This document shows positions 1 through 10,895 of a stretch of 64,000 nucleotides of DNA, piece after piece. Each line of letters begins with the position of its first letter. Position 1 is the stretch's first letter. Both the position numbers and the translations under genes were made by a program. Origin of the DNA: Paramoeba atlantica. Its lineage: Eukaryota; Protista; Discosea. The notes beneath the pieces were generated by a model. The model worked only from the letters and a program-made list of their open reading frames with translations. It was not told the origin of the DNA and searched no databases. The DNA lies in the NCBI GenBank assembly GCA_977017575.1, contig CDRNVI010000019.1, positions 62,001 through 126,000 on the forward strand, given 5' to 3'.

Positions 1-64
1 GAAGGGTCTGGCTTGCCAGTGACCATCCGGAGCAATCCGGAATGATTTGGATTTTTGGATTGGA

Positions 65-356
65 TCATAAGAATGAAGTACTGGTGTTCGCAGCGATTGC
101 CTCGCCTTCCCTCAGGGCAAGTGCACGTAGTGCTTTCCCTCTATGTAGATTGCGTATTGTCGATCAGTTTCTCATTGCACAATGTACTTCTATTCCCCTT
201 CAAAAGCACGATAGCGACGTTTCAAACGGATATACGGGAAGGGATATGTCAGTACATGGTGCAAGGAGAAACGTACGGGGAAAGACCTAGTACGTGCACT
301 TGCCCAGAGGGAGGACAGAAGCAATCGCTGCAAACACCAGTACTTCGTTCTTATGA
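65..356. repeat. Long imperfect foldback (inverted repeat)
   Basis: 65-129 (tcataagaatgaagtactggtgttcgcagcgattgc...gggcaagtgcacgta) matches the reverse complement of 291-356 with few mismatches. Inner arms 168-188 / 251-271 match at 19/21. Confidence 0.85.
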
Positions 357-919
357 ACGAAGTAAGAGTGAACGAAACCGATGAAATTCCGAAGAAAGAA
401 ACTTTTTTAACCTCGGAATTTAAGTATTGACGATAGACTAGGTAAACAAAAGTATGTAAAAATGGATGAAAAAAAATGAGGATGTAAAAATGGATGAAAA
501 AACGTTGCAAAGGCACCCCAATATGAATCTGGGGTGAACAAATGAAAACTATAGAAAAATCAAAAAAATCGATTTTGGGGTACATTTTTGATGGCATTAA
601 TCCGTATTTTCTTTAATGACAGAAACTTAGAAGACTCAATCAAAAGTTTTTTAGGAGAGAAGATAGAAATATTCCGAGAACACTTGCGACGACTCTATAG
701 GCGGTTAATGTTTCGTAGCGGAAAATGGAATGACCAATACCCGTACATTCTTAAGGATTGTCGGTTTCACGATCAGTAAAAACTTTGATGAGTATTGAAG
801 TTAGTAATGTAGTGTAAGAAGGTTTAGCGTCCCAAGAAGTGCTGCGTCCAGTATTAATAGTAGTAACTAAAAAAGGTACATTGTACCTTTTTGCATTTCA
901 ACGCAGCGTGATCCATGTT

Positions 920-1615
920 CTACTCGCAACGCCCACCAAAGCTACCCCCATCAGGTCTGATTATGACTTTGACTTTTGTACCCGCTTGAACTGCATCAGT
1001 AACTGTTACCTGTCCATCGCATTCCTCAAAAGTCGCAAATTTAAACATACCACGAGAAAAGACTTTCTCCGTTGTGTAAACATAGTTTACCGGTATAGTA
1101 AGCTCAGGATAGAACTCTTTCTCATTTTCCTCATCATTAATTCTCAACAAATCACAAGGCATCCGAACTGCAAGAAAATTCTGATGCGTCTCAGAAAGCT
1201 CTGAAGCTGGAATATTTATCTCTTTACCGTGGTGTATAGAATCTGGAGGAAATACAAAGCAAGCGTTGTCATCATCGTCATAGCCACTGAAATAGACTTT
1301 GAGTCGTTCGGAATTAGCTTCCGGAAGATCTTGAGTAGGATTAAGTGTGAGCTCTTTTCCTCTTCCAACGGATCCTTTACTCAGACACGAAAGTCGAACA
1401 TGCATTGATGCTACATTTTTTCCCTTTTGCGATCTACTCGACTTAAGGATACGCCAATGTTTATTTTCATAACGGACAAGCATACCCGGCTTAACCCTTT
1501 CGGCGGTAACAAAACGTCGTTGTTCATGTAACCACCCATGCGAGGAATGTTTTGCTGTGCAACGCAGACTAAAACTTGTGTTGCAAAAACTTCGCATGAT
1601 CTCCTTACACTGCAT
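920..1615 (-). CDS. Mitochondrial elongation factor P-like protein
   Basis: EF-P KOW domain pattern (AERVKPGMLVRYENKHWRIL..SQKGKN.ASMHVRL), central OB-like part, and C-terminal KFAT...VTV..AVQAGTKVKV..R matching the EF-P C-domain. The ORF-track start at 1726 is GTG; the first ATGs are at 1615/1597 and give a presequence-like N-terminus. Confidence 0.7.
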   Translation of the reverse strand: MQCKEIMRSFCNTSFSLRCTAKHSSHGWLHEQRRFVTAERVKPGMLVRYENKHWRILKSSRSQKGKNVASMHVRLSCLSKGSVGRGKELTLNPTQDLPEANSERLKVYFSGYDDDDNACFVFPPDSIHHGKEINIPASELSETHQNFLAVRMPCDLLRINDEENEKEFYPELTIPVNYVYTTEKVFSRGMFKFATFEECDGQVTVTDAVQAGTKVKVIIRPDGGSFGGRCE

Positions 1616-1706
1616 GAGAATATTAACTATCTCGCTAAAATAACATAGTATCTGATGATAAACTAAAAAATATGTTAAGTAAAAGTGTATCTGAACCGTG
1701 TTCCGT

Positions 1707-2977
1707 ATTATTGTGCCCCCCGTCACAATAACTAGCTAGGCAGAATACGTGGCTATAGGCACAATAACTAGCTATCATAAATAAGGTAAAAAAAAAATTG
1801 GCGCCGCTTCGCGACGCCTTTTTTGACCATCATGGATGAAAAGTCTTCTGAAATGTGAAAGCTAAGCGGTTAAACTGAACCATATTCCGTACTTTCTCTG
1901 TTTCTCCAAAAAAAATCATCCTTCAACTTTGAGATTTTCTCTTGCTTATGACTCCTTACGAATGGACGCAAGTACAATGCTCCTCCAAATTTAGCAACAC
2001 AATACATCGCTCCCATTTCACTTCAAGATTCCTGAGCATTTCTCTGCGAAAGCTTAGGTTCTGTACGCTGTTTGACCACTGCTCAACCATAGAATTAGCA
2101 GATTCCTGTGTTGGTGTCAGTGCCTTGATTTGTGGCCTGCTAACGTTTGTGGTTCACACTCTCGCATTTGTGCTTCCTTGAGGCGAAAAGTTAAGACGCG
2201 CTCCTTGTCCACATCTTGGTACGATTTCCAATTACCGTAAACCCCCCCAGTAATAGACCCCCCCAGGAACAAGGATTTGGCCCTTTTTCGGCTGACCCCC
2301 AGTAACAAGGATTTGGCCATTTTGTCCCAAAATCGATTCTATTACTGGGGGGGTCTACGGTACATAATGTTGGGAATGGGCATATCGGCCTTACGATATT
2401 CCACGGGCTCCATGAGGATAACAGACCACGTGCTACCCACTAACTCCAAGTGACGCGGAAGTGCATGAAGACTTTTACAGCAAACTGCTTTTCGTGCTAC
2501 TACGCCATGGTCTTTAAGCCACTTTGAGCACTTTGATTCACTCCACGAAGATATTCTTCCAATCTTCAGGGTGCACCTACAAGAGAACCCACCATCTCCC
2601 GAGCAGGACATTAAATAGGTCACACTCCTGTTAAAGTATGCGACAAGTAACTCAGAAAAAGCTGAATTAGCAAGACATTTACTTCAATATTTTATGTTTG
2701 CGTGAAACCAATACTCAACAAAGACAGATCTTTTGAGAAAAATATTATTTCTACTGAAATGAGCAAAAGAGCGGAATTTGGTTCAGTTTCACCAGCTAAG
2801 CTACTCTGATGATTTTTTTCTTTTAAATAGTGCTACGACTACCGAAATATCGTATGTGCCTTGGCTGCAGCAGTGACGAAAGAGTTTTGAGATCCCTTGC
2901 ATTTTTGGGGGGGGCATAATAATAGCTGTCGTTCCCACTTATTGTGCCCCCCCCCCCCCGGCACAATAACTAGCTAG
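1707..2977. repeat. Dispersed short repeat TTATTGTGCC(C)n..G(G/T)CACAATAACTAGCTA (copies ~1707-1765 and ~2939-2977)
   Basis: cacaataactagcta occurs near 1724, 1750 and 2962, preceded by its partial inverse ttattgtgcc. Probably degraded element ends. Confidence 0.6.
2235..2360. mobile_element. 126-bp MITE-like element, 23-bp TIRs, TA target duplication
   Basis: TA|CCGTAAACCCCCCCAGTAATAGA ... TCTATTACTGGGGGGGTCTACGG|TA (22/23 match). Internal direct repeat cccca(g/t)..acaaggatttggcc x2. Confidence 0.85.
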
Positions 2978-3125
2978 AGGAACATTAATCCGGAACAGGG
3001 TTTATGCAGATTTAACTAAACTACGCACCTAGCACAGAGTTGCACATGCAGTCAAACCCACTAAATGTACTTGCACTACACTTGTAGCAAAAGGATGAAC
3101 TATTTAACAAAACTGTTTAACTTCC

Positions 3126-4973
3126 TCAGCTACTACAATTTTTGAAAGAATTTACGCAATGTTTAACTTTGGCCATGATATTTTGAGCTGCTGACACTGT
3201 TGAAGCCTCGACGTATATCCGAACGACAGGTTCAGTTCCGCTGGGTCTGACAAATGCGCGGGCATATGGGATCATGCAAATATTCTTGCCCCCTTCCGAA
3301 ATGCATATTCGCTCCGTTTCTATAGTTATTGCTCTATCAATACTTTCCTGCAGAGCGAAAGGATCCAAAACTTTTTTCTGATCCCAGGAGGTACGTATTG
3401 ACACAGGACTCGTCAGTACTATAGAACTTTGCAGACTAGGGTAGTCTCTATAAAGGGCCATCCAGCAATCAATATTTCCTCTGCACACAGCATCCAACGC
3501 TATAGTGACAGCCAGTAAATTTGCTATTGCATCCCCGCATGCAGGATTTAGTAACTGAGTGAAGTAAAGTAAACACTCAGAGGCGAAAATAGCATCTGAC
3601 GAATTGCTCGTGGCGATGAGATGACGTAACGTTGTTTTCACGCTATCCGACACACGTATAGTCCCATGTCCATTAGATTCAAAATACATTCCTACATCGC
3701 TTTCATTCATTGCCTTCAGACAATGCTTTACTCCTGTTGGCACACATTTCACGTCACAAGACAGGCCTGAGCGAAGATACGCTGTAGATGCCCCATTCGC
3801 GTATGCCGTTTGAACAACTGAAACGCGATGAGGTATTTCACTGTCGACACGACGTATTTCGTTGAGCAGAGTGGTAACGTACAAAGCAAACAACGATAAA
3901 ATCCGATCTCCGTCCATAATTTTATTCCGATCAAGACATGAATCTGATGTATTTTCTGGTGCACACAGTAAGATCAGCCTATCTGCGTCTCCGTCCATTG
4001 ACGCGTAAATCGGTACCATACTTTGGGAATCGCTCTGAGAATACACTGCCGAGATCATTTCGCTTGGAAATGCACAATGCTTTTGGACGAAATCTGCCCC
4101 ACAATCAACGTTCAGTGTATGAGGCATTGTGTACTCCGTATTGTACAGATTCAGAGTAATATGAGATGGCAATAACCTAGCTATCTGACGCATTCGATAG
4201 GCACCGACGCCGTTCGCGCAGTCCACATGTATTGTATAGCTGCGACCGCTATGCCTGGAACTGTGAAGTTGGTGAAGGTTGCGAAAAGCCTTGCTAATCC
4301 ATTCTTCGTATTTTAGAGGAGAAGAAATAGCATGTAGTATATCCTTTTCCTGAGTACCTTTTTTTTCATAGTTTCTTAGGCCCTCATAGTAGGAATATAC
4401 ATAGTAGTGCAGTTCCGGAGTCGTTGTCATACCACAATCTATGACACCAACACCTATACAATTTAGGACAGCTTTAGATGCCACAAACATATCCATTCCC
4501 ATCGGACGTGAATCTCGACCGCAGTAGATTTGAATTTTTGAAAACACACCTCGATACAATTTATGGTGGACGGCTAAATCAGCAAGTTTTCGAAGCACTC
4601 CTGAAATGTCTGGAGCAAGCGCTATTATTTCTGCGCACTTTTCCCAAGATGCGGGAAGCATACCACCGGACACATCAATGAGTTTGACGCCATTATCTAA
4701 TGGTGGGTTGTGACTTGCAGTAAAACAGATCCCTGCGCGGAGTTCCGAGAAATTTTCTTGGTGCCCGACTTCTGTGAGATAGGCGGCCGCTCGAAATGCT
4801 ATCAGCACCGCCATTCGAGCAGCAATGTATATTAGCTGTCGTCCAGGTCCGCGAAACCCACAGGTCCCATAGGTAAGTTTGTGTGATGATCCATCGGACT
4901 GGTTTGAAATGGACTGTTCTTGAAATATGTAGTGCAATTGGTCCCAGTTAAGTAAATCAGCTGCGCTTTCCAT
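3126..4973 (-). CDS. PGM3: Phosphoacetylglucosamine mutase (PGM3/AGM1)
   Basis: YGTCGFRG, catalytic TASHNP..DNGVKL, metal loop DGDADR, sugar-binding FESNGHG, phosphate loop RPSGTEPVVRIYVEA. Confidence 0.95.
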   Translation of the reverse strand: MESAADLLNWDQLHYIFQEQSISNQSDGSSHKLTYGTCGFRGPGRQLIYIAARMAVLIAFRAAAYLTEVGHQENFSELRAGICFTASHNPPLDNGVKLIDVSGGMLPASWEKCAEIIALAPDISGVLRKLADLAVHHKLYRGVFSKIQIYCGRDSRPMGMDMFVASKAVLNCIGVGVIDCGMTTTPELHYYVYSYYEGLRNYEKKGTQEKDILHAISSPLKYEEWISKAFRNLHQLHSSRHSGRSYTIHVDCANGVGAYRMRQIARLLPSHITLNLYNTEYTMPHTLNVDCGADFVQKHCAFPSEMISAVYSQSDSQSMVPIYASMDGDADRLILLCAPENTSDSCLDRNKIMDGDRILSLFALYVTTLLNEIRRVDSEIPHRVSVVQTAYANGASTAYLRSGLSCDVKCVPTGVKHCLKAMNESDVGMYFESNGHGTIRVSDSVKTTLRHLIATSNSSDAIFASECLLYFTQLLNPACGDAIANLLAVTIALDAVCRGNIDCWMALYRDYPSLQSSIVLTSPVSIRTSWDQKKVLDPFALQESIDRAITIETERICISEGGKNICMIPYARAFVRPSGTEPVVRIYVEASTVSAAQNIMAKVKHCVNSFKNCSS

Positions 4974-5067
4974 ATAAGAAATGTCTATATCATGTAAGAA
5001 GGGTGAAAAATGGAGAAATTCGTGTTAAGATACCATTAAATTAAATTTCTAGATACCTACCTAAGTA

Positions 5068-5269
5068 CCGTTAGTACTGCCTGACTTTGTACGACGAAAA
5101 CAGGGAAAAATCAGGTTTTTCTGCAAAGTCAGGGGGTGTGCGATGTCATGAAGGTCGGTTGAAGGGGTGAACCGTGACTTCGCACACCCAACCCCACACA
5201 TCAGGAAATTTTCAAAAACAGAAAAACGTGCAAAGTCAAGGGGGATGCAAATTCAGGGGGTACTAACGG
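5068..5269. mobile_element. 202-bp MITE-like element, TA target duplication
   Basis: TA|CCGTTAGTAC ... GTACTAACGG|TA, with the imperfect TIR extending to ~22 bp. Subterminal repeats gcaaa(g/t)tca(g/a)gggg at ~5123, ~5230 and ~5247. Confidence 0.8.
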
Positions 5270-5367
5270 TAGATTAAAATGGTATGATCGAAATACGAAA
5301 TTCAATGCGTAATAAAAATTTCTTTATTATCAATGCCCTGATTAAATCAGGTATAAAAAAACTCAAG

Positions 5368-6090
5368 TCAAAAGGCTGTATACCGAAGAAATGGTAGACC
5401 TATAATATACCACCAAAAAGAAATGTAAGAGAGGGCTGGAGTTATAAAAAAAGACAAAATGATAATAGAAACCCATTGATGTAATATGTAAGCGATAGAT
5501 ATGGAGTAAGTTTCAATAAAAGAATAACCGATAAGTACTGGAGAGAATATGATCGTTATGGAAAAACTAAAGAAAACTACCCAAATGCCCGAAACAACAC
5601 CTGTAATAACTCCTTCCGATCGTGTACACAAACCAACCACATTGGAAGCTATCTCTTTGCACTTGTTTATGGGTCTCTTAACCCATTCATCTGCTAATTC
5701 ATAGAAAATAAAACTAAAATTGGCCCCTCGTGCTCTTTCTATATTCAAAGAATGCTGCGCTTTACGCTGTTCGTCATGCGCAGCGTTTAGAAGATCTTGA
5801 GCCTTGTCATATTCTAGATGTAGAATTGATATTTCTTCACATGTGCAATTGGAACCACGATCTCGTATAGCTTCCTCAATTTCAGTGCAGCGCCGAAGTG
5901 CATGCTGTACGCGTCCCGTAGATTTCCTATAGCTTTTTACGGTATTTTTGAAACATTCAGGAACTCGAATTGTACGCTGTACTTGAAGCACCACGAATAC
6001 ATATACTGAGCTCCAAAAAACGCCTTGAAGAATGAGTTTAATGTTCGATGTAACTCCATTAACGTGCTTAGCGCTGTGTTGACACTTCAT
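5368..6090 (-). CDS. Hypothetical membrane protein (coiled coil + C-terminal TM segments)
   Basis: 240-aa ORF on the coding strand; first ATG at 6090 (track start is GTG). Hydrophobic C-terminus; no family recognised. Confidence 0.6.
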   Translation of the reverse strand: MKCQHSAKHVNGVTSNIKLILQGVFWSSVYVFVVLQVQRTIRVPECFKNTVKSYRKSTGRVQHALRRCTEIEEAIRDRGSNCTCEEISILHLEYDKAQDLLNAAHDEQRKAQHSLNIERARGANFSFIFYELADEWVKRPINKCKEIASNVVGLCTRSEGVITGVVSGIWVVFFSFSITIIFSPVLIGYSFIETYSISIAYILHQWVSIIILSFFITPALSYISFWWYIIGLPFLRYTAF

Positions 6091-6582
6091 AGCTATTGTG
6101 AAATAGTGCTGTGATAAGCTCTTCAAACACAGGAATTTACGAACGAGCACGCTCTTAAAACGTACCTAATGAATCGGCACGGTTCCTACCATAGCGACAA
6201 AATAGGTATTGGTGTTGCATAATAGTTGAAGTATAATTAAGTTGTTTTTATTAAAATTTAGATTTCTTAAATGATGCACAGCAACATTAACGTTAGAATA
6301 GCTTCTGATATAATAAAAAAATCAAACAGGTTTCTGAAACTTGTTTGACTTTTACCTGAAACTTTCAGGTAAACTTGGAACCCCCTCAGAATATCATTTT
6401 GATGTACGCGTGACGCAAAAACATGTATAATCTGTTCAGTCATTGGTTGTAGGCCTTTTAATCTGGGTCTCTGCATAAAACTACAATAGCGTTCCCCACG
6501 GTAGCTTAATAGAATTACAGTTATAAAATCAGTAAATTATAATGTAATAAAAGATAAAGCCTATGGCAGATGGATTGTCATT

Positions 6583-7944
6583 TTATTTTCCCCTTTTCTT
6601 TACTCCACCGCGACCCGTTCCCCGAGTTTCAAATTTGACGTCAGGGTCGAGTCCCTGGAGCTCTGTCACAACACCTGCCCCAATGGTTTTATTCCCCTCT
6701 CGAATAGCAAACTTATCCCCAACGTTGAGCCCAAGCGGAAAAGACATGGCGATATTGAGTACACGATTCTCCCCGGGAGCACACATTACTTTGCGCTCCT
6801 TATCCTCCTCCCCTTTTAGCTCGGGAAAGGTGATATCTCCAGTGACATCGGCGGTGCGAAAGAAAAACTGAGGGCGGTAATGCGAGAAGAACGCCGTATG
6901 CCGACCTCCTTCCTCCTTGTTGAGAATATAAACCTGGGCCGCAAACTTGTTCTGAAGCTGCACACTCCCTGGTGCACAAAGTTGCATGCCGCGCTCCACA
7001 AACCCAGGGCGGAGCTCATCCCCCACACCACGCAGACTAATCCCTACGCTATCCCCTGGCTGGCCTTGCTCCAGCAGCTGGTGGTACATCTCAATTCCCA
7101 TGACTTTCACCTTCGTCTCGCTGTGATGGTAGCCGACAAGATTGACCACTTGCCCGGGTTTCAGCACGCCACTCTCAATACGCCCCGTGCAAATCACCGA
7201 GCGGTCCCCTTTCGCCTTGTCCTTCCCTGCAGCATTGATGACATGCTCGATAGACATACGGAAAGGTAAATCTTTGTTGTCCGGGGGCTCAGGAATGACC
7301 TCATCGCACTTTTGAACTAATTCTTCAATACTTTTCACATATTTTTCCTCCCCCGCGAGGGCTTTCGCGGCACTACCCTTCACCACAGGAATCTTGTCGG
7401 GGTCGAATTTATATTTTTTAAACAAGTCCTGCATTTCCATTTCGACGAGCTCCACAATATCCGCATTGTCCTCCACCATATCACATTTGTTAATGTAACA
7501 CACAAGCTGCGGTATCCCGATTTGAGACGCGAGAAGCAAATGTTCCTTGGTCTGTGGCATAGGTCCGTCGTTGGCTGCGACGACGATAATGGCCCCATCC
7601 ATCTGCGCCGCGCCCGTGATCATATTCTTCACAAAATCCATGTGACCAGGACAGTCAATATGTCCGTAGTGACGCTTATCGGACTCGTACTGCACGTGAG
7701 TCGCGTTGATGGTAATCCCACGCGCCCGTTCCTCGGGACTGCTGTCGATGGAGGAGTAGTCTCGTGCCTTTGCAGTTCCCTTACGGGACAGAACGTGTGT
7801 GATAGCTGCCGTGAGGGTGGTCTTGCCGTGATCGACGTGACCAATGGTCCCGATGGTCAAGTGAGGCTTCGTCCTTTTAAAAGTTGCCTTGACAGCGGCC
7901 TTTCCGGCCACTTGCAAAAGGAAAATGGTCCTACCGAATAACAT
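6583..7944 (-). CDS. TUFM: Mitochondrial elongation factor Tu
   Basis: [58 protein letters not shown]. Short presequence-like N-terminus. Confidence 0.97.
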   Translation of the reverse strand: MLFGRTIFLLQVAGKAAVKATFKRTKPHLTIGTIGHVDHGKTTLTAAITHVLSRKGTAKARDYSSIDSSPEERARGITINATHVQYESDKRHYGHIDCPGHMDFVKNMITGAAQMDGAIIVVAANDGPMPQTKEHLLLASQIGIPQLVCYINKCDMVEDNADIVELVEMEMQDLFKKYKFDPDKIPVVKGSAAKALAGEEKYVKSIEELVQKCDEVIPEPPDNKDLPFRMSIEHVINAAGKDKAKGDRSVICTGRIESGVLKPGQVVNLVGYHHSETKVKVMGIEMYHQLLEQGQPGDSVGISLRGVGDELRPGFVERGMQLCAPGSVQLQNKFAAQVYILNKEEGGRHTAFFSHYRPQFFFRTADVTGDITFPELKGEEDKERKVMCAPGENRVLNIAMSFPLGLNVGDKFAIREGNKTIGAGVVTELQGLDPDVKFETRGTGRGGVKKRGK

Positions 7945-8232
7945 AAAAAAGCTGTGAAAGAGTTACAAAATTGCAGCGCTAAATTTGTGATGCATTGGTA
8001 AGTTTTCTTTTTGGTAAACTGACCTGAGTCGAGCGAGCAAAACATTTCGCGCAACAAGGTTTAACGAGAGTGTATTTCTTGAGAGAAAAAACGTTCCTAG
8101 ATGCAAGCTCATAATAACAATGACATAAATACGATAAAATACATGACTATTAAAATGTAACGTGCTGCTTACATGCGGTCCCACAGTTTCTTGCACTACA
8201 CAAATTGTACACTGTTCGTTGCGAGTTAAAGG

Positions 8233-9948
8233 TCATATTCCATATTTTGTCTCTAGAATTTCCTGAATCATGTTGCTTTCTGATACGAGAGCTCGTGTCC
8301 GTCCTCCAAACTCGTAAAGACGAGACAATACTTGTTGTTTTACGCTCAACTGGTGACCTGAAAGCAAAGTAGAAGAAGTTCCCATAAACAATCCAATTTT
8401 TGTCATAGCTCCTGAATTGGAACTTTGAGGCCACAAAACGTCCAAATTCCTTACTATGAAGGCTTCTACGATAGGTTCGGTGATCAAGTTTTCATGAAAA
8501 AGCACAAGAAGGATTTCACAGACTAGTTCAGATATGCTGGTGCTTACTAAACAAAGTAAAAAATTGAAGTAGTACTTCGTCTTGCTCAGAATTCTATACA
8601 GCCCTAAGGCTAATGTTGAGTTACCATTTTCTAGAACTGTGCAAAGATTAATAGGAGAGATACCACAGCAATATATTGCTTCTGGATCATTCTTCATAAA
8701 GCGAAGCGCAATTTGTTGAAGTTCCGTAGATATAGTGCTAGATTTGGCTTCGGATAAAATTTTTGAACAGGACCATCTGTCAGAAATGATCCCAGACTTT
8801 TTTATATCAACGTCACTGGACAACAAAGTAGGGTTAAATGTGAACGGAAGGATCAAGTGTTCTATGAGTTGTAGCGAGGTCGTACGTTCACCAAAGGATG
8901 CGAAGCTAATTGCTGACGTTCCACTACTGTTCGTAATCGGAAAAGGTGGTGGTCCAAACAAATCTAATAACTCTATGGGATTAATTCTTTGAAGAGCCAA
9001 ATTAGTGTCAAGAAGAAATCTGTACAACGCTGGCCGAGAATAAATTTTTAATTGATTATGAATTGGAAATGACGAGCTGTTTGGCAGCTGAGTCATAGAG
9101 GAAATATCGAAAATTTGTTTTTTCAGTGGTGAGATGCAAGCCTGATTATTAGTGTCATCCGAAGTTTTAGAATTTACATTTAGAGCATCATGCAAAGATT
9201 TCATCGAAAATTTATGTTCTTGTGAAGTCGTTTGCGTAGCACGCTCGGATGTAGCATACAGATGAAGAGACCCATCGATGATTCGAGAAAGAGAATGAAT
9301 CTTTGCAAGTTTTTCTATCTCATTCTCATGCATGAGTGTACATTCTTGAATTTCTTTAAAATGTATTTTTAAAGCATTCGCAGATAATGTCAGGAATATA
9401 TCCGGAGACAGCTCCATTACTTTCTCCGGAATCTTCCTTCCGAAACACCAAAGAAGCTTTAAGCACTGGAACGGGTAGTGAGACTGTTGTTCCAAAGGAA
9501 GGGGCGCTAAGGGACGTACCACAGTTTTCTTAATGTAATATTCTAGACGAATCAGCTCGGACACACGAACAACTTCCTCTTCATCTGTCACAGAAAGTAT
9601 AATGGCTGCATTGGCGCGCTCAACCGGCAGCTGAAAAATCGTATACAAATGTGACGGCTCGGTGTCAGCAACCTGAAACTGTGTGGTGACGACGGGGGAG
9701 CTAGGCTGTTTGTCTTCCTTGGCATCTGCACAAGAACCACATTTTATTTTAAACGTCATATTTTCCTGATCTTCTGGATCGGATAACGAAACCACATCAA
9801 GGAGAGCACATAGCACAACTGTAACAGCAGAATATTTCGACGGAGAAAAGTCGGAAACAAATTGAGTGCGGATATCCAAAAAGCTTTTATTACGACTACA
9901 GAGTAGTTCAGAAAGGCGATGAAGTTCTTCTCGTGAAAGAAAGCGCAT
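8233..9948 (-). CDS. CCR4-NOT subunit 11-like (DUF2363) protein
   Basis: C-terminal ISPINLCTVLENGNSTLALGL..IL....YYFNFL..LV..SIS...CEIL resembles the CNOT11 P..LP.LVENNP..A....EYF..LV.M.MS...MEVV pattern. The rest is divergent. Confidence 0.5.
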   Translation of the reverse strand: MRFLSREELHRLSELLCSRNKSFLDIRTQFVSDFSPSKYSAVTVVLCALLDVVSLSDPEDQENMTFKIKCGSCADAKEDKQPSSPVVTTQFQVADTEPSHLYTIFQLPVERANAAIILSVTDEEEVVRVSELIRLEYYIKKTVVRPLAPLPLEQQSHYPFQCLKLLWCFGRKIPEKVMELSPDIFLTLSANALKIHFKEIQECTLMHENEIEKLAKIHSLSRIIDGSLHLYATSERATQTTSQEHKFSMKSLHDALNVNSKTSDDTNNQACISPLKKQIFDISSMTQLPNSSSFPIHNQLKIYSRPALYRFLLDTNLALQRINPIELLDLFGPPPFPITNSSGTSAISFASFGERTTSLQLIEHLILPFTFNPTLLSSDVDIKKSGIISDRWSCSKILSEAKSSTISTELQQIALRFMKNDPEAIYCCGISPINLCTVLENGNSTLALGLYRILSKTKYYFNFLLCLVSTSISELVCEILLVLFHENLITEPIVEAFIVRNLDVLWPQSSNSGAMTKIGLFMGTSSTLLSGHQLSVKQQVLSRLYEFGGRTRALVSESNMIQEILETKYGI

Positions 9949-10265
9949 TGTAACTGAAGGAAAGCTGCTAGAATCACGGTAGTAGTTATTGCAAGGGTAT
10001 ATTGTACTACGCGTGTATGTTTAGATAATCGCTTTTGTGTTAATAATCTTCATAAAAAAACGTTAACTCTATTAATAAAATAGAATGCATAAGTTAAGAA
10101 GTAATAGGATTAGCAGCGACACACTTTTACTCTAGAAATGTAGACAGCGAAAGCTATTCTATGGTCAAACCTACAAACGTATGCAGTGCACATCAAAAAT
10201 CATTTCCTACTTGAATCTCAAAGAAGAAACCAACACTCATCTACCTCGAATTGCCTGCTGTGCGC

Positions 10266-10646
10266 TCAATTTGATTTTCCTATTGAAGTTTTAGTAATCT
10301 TATTGATTCGTGAGGTGTTGTAGGCCAATATTATGAGCGCCGTTCCAAGGAGAATGTGAGCACTGTTAATTTCCCCCGGATTCATAATAGAGCTAACCAG
10401 AACCAAGGCAGGCTCCAGCGGATGCAATATCGGATTCGACTGGATAACGTGCAGAAGAAAAGGTGTCACGGATTGTATACTCAATGCTCCTCCCACAAGT
10501 AAACAGTACGATATTGGCATAGCGAGCACGACGTTCAATGTCGGACGTGAGATTAAGCGTATAATGCCGTACAGAATTAGAAGACCTCCAATACCCACAA
10601 ATATTGGTTCCAACGCAGCAGGTGATAAAGCATCCACGATATTCAT
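10266..10646 (-). CDS. Small hypothetical multi-pass membrane protein
   Basis: 126 aa from the ATG at 10646 (track start is TTG), with three hydrophobic segments, on the coding strand. Confidence 0.55.
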   Translation of the reverse strand: MNIVDALSPAALEPIFVGIGGLLILYGIIRLISRPTLNVVLAMPISYCLLVGGALSIQSVTPFLLHVIQSNPILHPLEPALVLVSSIMNPGEINSAHILLGTALIILAYNTSRINKITKTSIGKSN

Positions 10647-10895
10647 ATTAAAAGTAATTGCCCAAGAAGCCAAACAAAGTAAAAGAGAATTTAAAATATT
10701 AGATTACCATCGTTCGGACGTGTTTAAACTACTTACTAGGATTGATGAAAGCAATAAATAATAACACTGAGTACATTATCACTAATTCAACTGAAGAAAA
10801 ATCACAGAAGATAAAAGAACATGACGCGCGGTTCTAGATCACCCATTACCCGATAAGCGTTGCGGTACGTTTCTGGGCTAAATCTCTTATTCTTC

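Noticed and set aside
2117-2623. A gene interrupted by the 2235-2360 MITE
   Set aside because: Removing the MITE and one TA produces ATG-TAA in the upstream frame, so the two ORFs do not join, and no motif is recognisable.
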